Positions 60,003 to 64,000 of a stretch of DNA of 64,000 nucleotides are shown here, one piece after another; the stretch's first letter is position 1, and each line of letters opens with the position of its first letter. The stretch is from Cenococcum geophilum (Eukaryota). The DNA lies in the NCBI GenBank assembly GCA_050273025.1, contig CP158636.1, positions 5,394,001 through 5,458,000 on the forward strand. The letters run 5' to 3'. A program made the position numbers and the translations under genes. Below the pieces are notes generated by a model that was given only the letters and a program-made list of their open reading frames with translations, had not been told where the DNA came from and made no database searches.

Positions 60003-62369
60003 TATCACGGAACTCCACCGTAGGGGCCTCTATAGGAGAGCCCCGTGCTCTTATATACACCTTACGTATAACTTATATCAGCTACGCGTAGGTATATTAC
60101 CTCCTTACGCCCTTAACCCTTATGATTAATCGCGTAACGTCTTATAGACTCCTCGAATACATATACTTTATAGCCACTACCCCTATCCTATAACATTACG
60201 TTACGCCTTTTTTACTACTAATGCTTAGCCTATAACTAATTCTATATCTTTATAATACTATAGACACTACTAAAAGTAGCGTATCTATAAATTACCTTAC
60301 TTTATACTTCTAAGGAACCTATAATAGTAAGATAATATCCCTTATTAGCTATTATATTAAACCTAAAGAATAATCTAATACCTATACTTAATGTTAGCGA
60401 CTTAGTTAATCGAGATATAAGCACGGCAAAAGGGTCGCGCAAGCCTATACGATTAGATTGTTTATAAACGAGAATCTAAAGCTAGGGAAAGGAAAGGAGA
60501 AGAAGAGCAGCGCCGTTTGGTGTTTTATAAGATCTTCGCGTTACGTGATCGCAATATGCGGCAATCTATGGCAATCTGTGGCAATTTACCGGTGCAAAGT
60601 TCTGTCAAGTTCTGCCAGTGCTGTAACATTACCCCCCCCTCTAAAAAAGCCTGCCCTTAGGCTTTGTCGCTAAAAGTCTTAGTAAGAGAATCTAACTAAT
60701 TAGATAACTTTAACTGCTGGTTAAAGTTCCTAGATATTTTAACACCTTACGTAACTAAGAAATTTCTAGGGCGTTCTTGTTCTTATATTTTTTTAGTAGC
60801 TTATCGTCTTTATTATACTAGCATTCTATTTACTTATCTAGGTACTTTAGCGGTCTAGGTTTATTAGGGTAACAGCTATAAAACTTCTAAAGCTTATAGG
60901 GACTACCTATAAAGTTCTATATAGGGTACTAAGTAGGGTCTAGGTTATATCCTTTCCAACTAATATAATACTTTAACGTTTCCTTTATAAGTTTACAAGC
61001 TAGTACTTCTTTAATTTCCTATTTATTATCGCTATTAACTTAAATTAGTAGGGGAGGTTTATTCTTTTGTCTAGGTAGTAGGTTATTTATAGCTTTCCGT
61101 AGCTTATCCGGTAAAAAAATAGGGTGAACTTTAATTAAGCCTAGGAGCTTAACCTTATATAAGTTGCCTATTTTATTAAGAATCTTATATAGTCTTACTA
61201 TCTTATAGTCTAGCTTACGGCTAGGCCGTTTTATCTTCTAGTTCTTTATTATAACCTAGACTATATCGCCTATAGTAAAGTTAGGCTCGCGCCTATGCTT
61301 ATTCGCCTACTGTTTTATTAATTTCTGGGCCTTTTTTAGGTTTATACGGGCTACTTTCTAAGCTTCTTTTAAGCGCTTAGCGTACTGCTAGGCTTTCTTA
61401 TAAGATAGTTTTTCGTATATAGTCTAGGGCCCTTTTAGTCTTTCCTAGTTAAAGCTTATATAGGGTAGGTAACCTATTTCTAGTTAAATAGGGGCAAATC
61501 CGGTAGAGTTGTAGGGTAGGGTCGCTTGGGCGTAGTCTATTAAGGGTAATAATTTAGCTTAGTTATCCTAAAAGTAGTTAATAAAAGGCTGGAGTCTCTG
61601 GTCTAAGTATTAATTTATAATTTCCGTTTAACCGTCTATCTAGGGGTAATATGCTGTAGAAAGCTTTAGCTTAATGCCTAAGATCTAGGTAAACTTATTC
61701 TAAAAGGCCAATATAAACTGCGGCCTGTGGTTGGATATAATAGTGTCTAGTAGTCTATAAATTTAGTAGACGTAGTAGATATACAGCCGGGCTGCCTCTT
61801 TAGTATTAATATTCTTATAATAGGGAATTAGGAACAGGCGCTTGCCAAAGCGGTTAACTAGGATTATAACTATATTATATCCGTTACGGTTTAGAGGTAG
61901 CTTATAAAAGTCTATAGAGATATATTACTAGGGGCGGTTAGGTATTAGAAGGGGTTTTAATAGTCCTAGGGTTTTATCTCGTGGAATTATAGACCTATAG
62001 TAGTTATTATAGTTCTGTATATAGCGGTTAATATCTATAATTATTTTAGGCCAGTAGTAGCGGTTGCTAATAATCCTATAGGTTTTATTTTTTTTTAGGG
62101 TAGGCCGTAGAGACCTAGGTATGTACTTTAGCAATAAGCCAAGTCCGTAAGTTCTGTTCCTCTACTACTACTAGCTATTTATGGTACTTAAGCAATCCAC
62201 TTTTAAGGGACTATGGGCTAAAAACGTTTTTTGCCTTTTTGCGGTACTCCTATAGAGAAGGGGCTGTACGGTTTACTTATAGCAGTTTATTAATAAGGTT
62301 TAGTTCTATAGAGTTAATAGGGCATATCTTGGCATCTAAAGAGTCTATCTTTAGTTCTGCCCGTATTTA
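60003..62369 (-). mobile_element. Ty3/gypsy chromovirus: 3' LTR (60003-60628) and integrase-chromodomain, RIP-mutated
   Basis: LTR bounded by T(A)TCACGG...TGTAACA; adjacent polypurine tract on the minus strand (AGAGGGGGGGGTAA); RYYWP, GLLKPL.IP.RP...ISIDF, and chromodomain-like YYISWKGY. Confidence 0.88.
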
Positions 62370-64000
62370 TATAAGGGATATTATTACGGACACCTTAGGT
62401 TGCCCTTAGGACAACCCCTAGATGCCCCTTAGATAGTCGCCAGTCACGTGCCGGAGGCACATGCCTGTAGTATATAGTCTCCACGATCCCAGAGGCCTTA
62501 CCTCCTTAAGGATTTATCTCTCTCACCAATCTATCCTGTTTTAATCGTGTCCTTATAGCCCCCTGTCTATAAGATCCCCTTATATTTAAATCCTTCCTAC
62601 TCTTTTTTAGAAGGGTAGTCGGCTTTAAGGACCAGATTATTTATTTATATCTTTTGTTTATAACTACTATTCTCCCTTAAAATCTCGCGACGACCTAAAC
62701 GGAAACTCTATGGATATCTTATAGAAAGCCGTCGCGCAAAGGTAGGAAGGTCCCTTTAATAGCAAGAGATTGTGATAATATAACCCTCTGGGCAAGATGG
62801 CTAAACGAGCCCTAATACCCAGATGCTCTAGGAGCTTAAAGACTCTTATACACCTACGGTTACCGCTAAGGAAAATATAGACACCCTCTATAACGGTTAC
62901 AACGCTGCTAAAAAGCAACTAGAACCCCTCTGGCCCTACCTAGGCTAATTAAAAGATTAAGCGCTAGAGGTAACCCTAAGATCTTCCCCTAAGCTAGAAA
63001 TGCTAAAGAAATATACTAACGTATCTAACTAGGGACCCAACCAGAACCCTCCCAGAAGACCACTGGCCTATAATTGGCATAGTAGTGGTGTATAAACTGC
63101 TTACAAGCCAAGCGGGCTTACCCCTTTAGGAAATTAAACCTAAATACTAACTTAAGACCTAAGGCTTATTGGGAAACCCGCACTAGCTACTGGTATTAAT
63201 ACTACCTCTATAGTAGGAGCTTCTCTAGGCCCAAGTTTAAAAGGTCAAGAGCCCTATACCAATCTCCTTTAAGACGGATATTAGGAAGCTATCGTAAGGC
63301 TCTTAGAAGCTATGCGGGAGGAAGCCACTAATAAATATATTAGAACCCTTTAAGGGCAAATCTATATCTAGTAGGGTTTAATCTAAGCTAGGCAAATTCT
63401 TTTATAACCTAGTTAAGGCTAAGGGCTTCCTAGGGGCTACTTAGTACCTACCTAAGGAGGTATAGAAGACTTAGAGAGGCACCTACGCAATAAATAGAAA
63501 AAGGATATAGACCGACTGGCTAAGGCCTCTAGTAGTTTAGAACTTCGTTATAGACCTAACGCCTAATAGCTGGACGATTGGGTTTGCGAGGTAGATAACT
63601 TCTTTAAGATGCTAATAATATAAGATAATACCAAAGAGCGTATACGCTGGATTATTAGCAAGATTAAAGACCAATTACTAAACTAGATTGCGCTTAATCA
63701 ACTTAATAAAGAGCAAATTATAATATAGCTACAGCTACAGACCTTCCTAAAGGGTTAGACCTAAGATCTATATATTGTATAATATAACAATATAGAATAA
63801 TTCTGGAATAGTACGCAGCTGGACCGTTAAGACTTCCGCTAGTTTATAAACTTTGTAGAAACTTATACTTAACAAATAGATCTAAAGCCCTTTAAAAATA
63901 AGGACGGTAGCGTTTATAAGAAGGAGAAGATCGGATTTATCTGGGCTAGAATTAAGCTAGCAATTTATAATAAAATAAAGCGCGTAGAAGCCCTACTGCG
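62370..64000 (+). mobile_element. Second LTR retrotransposon (5' LTR about 62370-62662 plus gag-like remnant) inserted in the gypsy pol; runs off the window
   Basis: The minus-strand pol frame breaks at about 62370, where TATAAGGG (RIP-altered TGTAAGGG) begins; the plus strand then reads LDDWVCEVDNSF...KERIRWII (gag-like) with RIP stops. Confidence 0.6.

Overview
Genomic DNA of a filamentous ascomycete (Pezizomycotina; class not determinable here), inferred from spliceosomal introns with CTRAC/CTAAY branch sites and from repeats carrying the CpA->TpA signature of repeat-induced point mutation (RIP). Core genes: DPM2, CWC22, a Zn2Cys6 transcription factor, POB3, 6-phosphogluconolactonase, SMC1, GPC1 and several conserved hypotheticals. 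An accessory tract at about 17-34 kb holds a 414-bp MITE, a head-to-head pair of a VIT-vWA gene (frameshifted) and an intact 9-exon gene with a STAND-type helical N-terminus, a nucleotidyltransferase-like gene, a phosphomannomutase pseudogene and another RIP-hit pseudogene. A complete but RIP-degraded AcademH-like transposon (34796-41238; 22-bp TIRs, 9-bp TSD, transposase plus RecQ-like helicase) carries about 23 copies of TATCCGC/GCGGATA. The last 8 kb is a nested transposon stack (Tc1 fragment, piggyBac, Fot1/pogo, Ty3/gypsy, second LTR element). Gene models, family assignments and motif counts were all made by eye with no database search, so exon boundaries and counts need computational confirmation.
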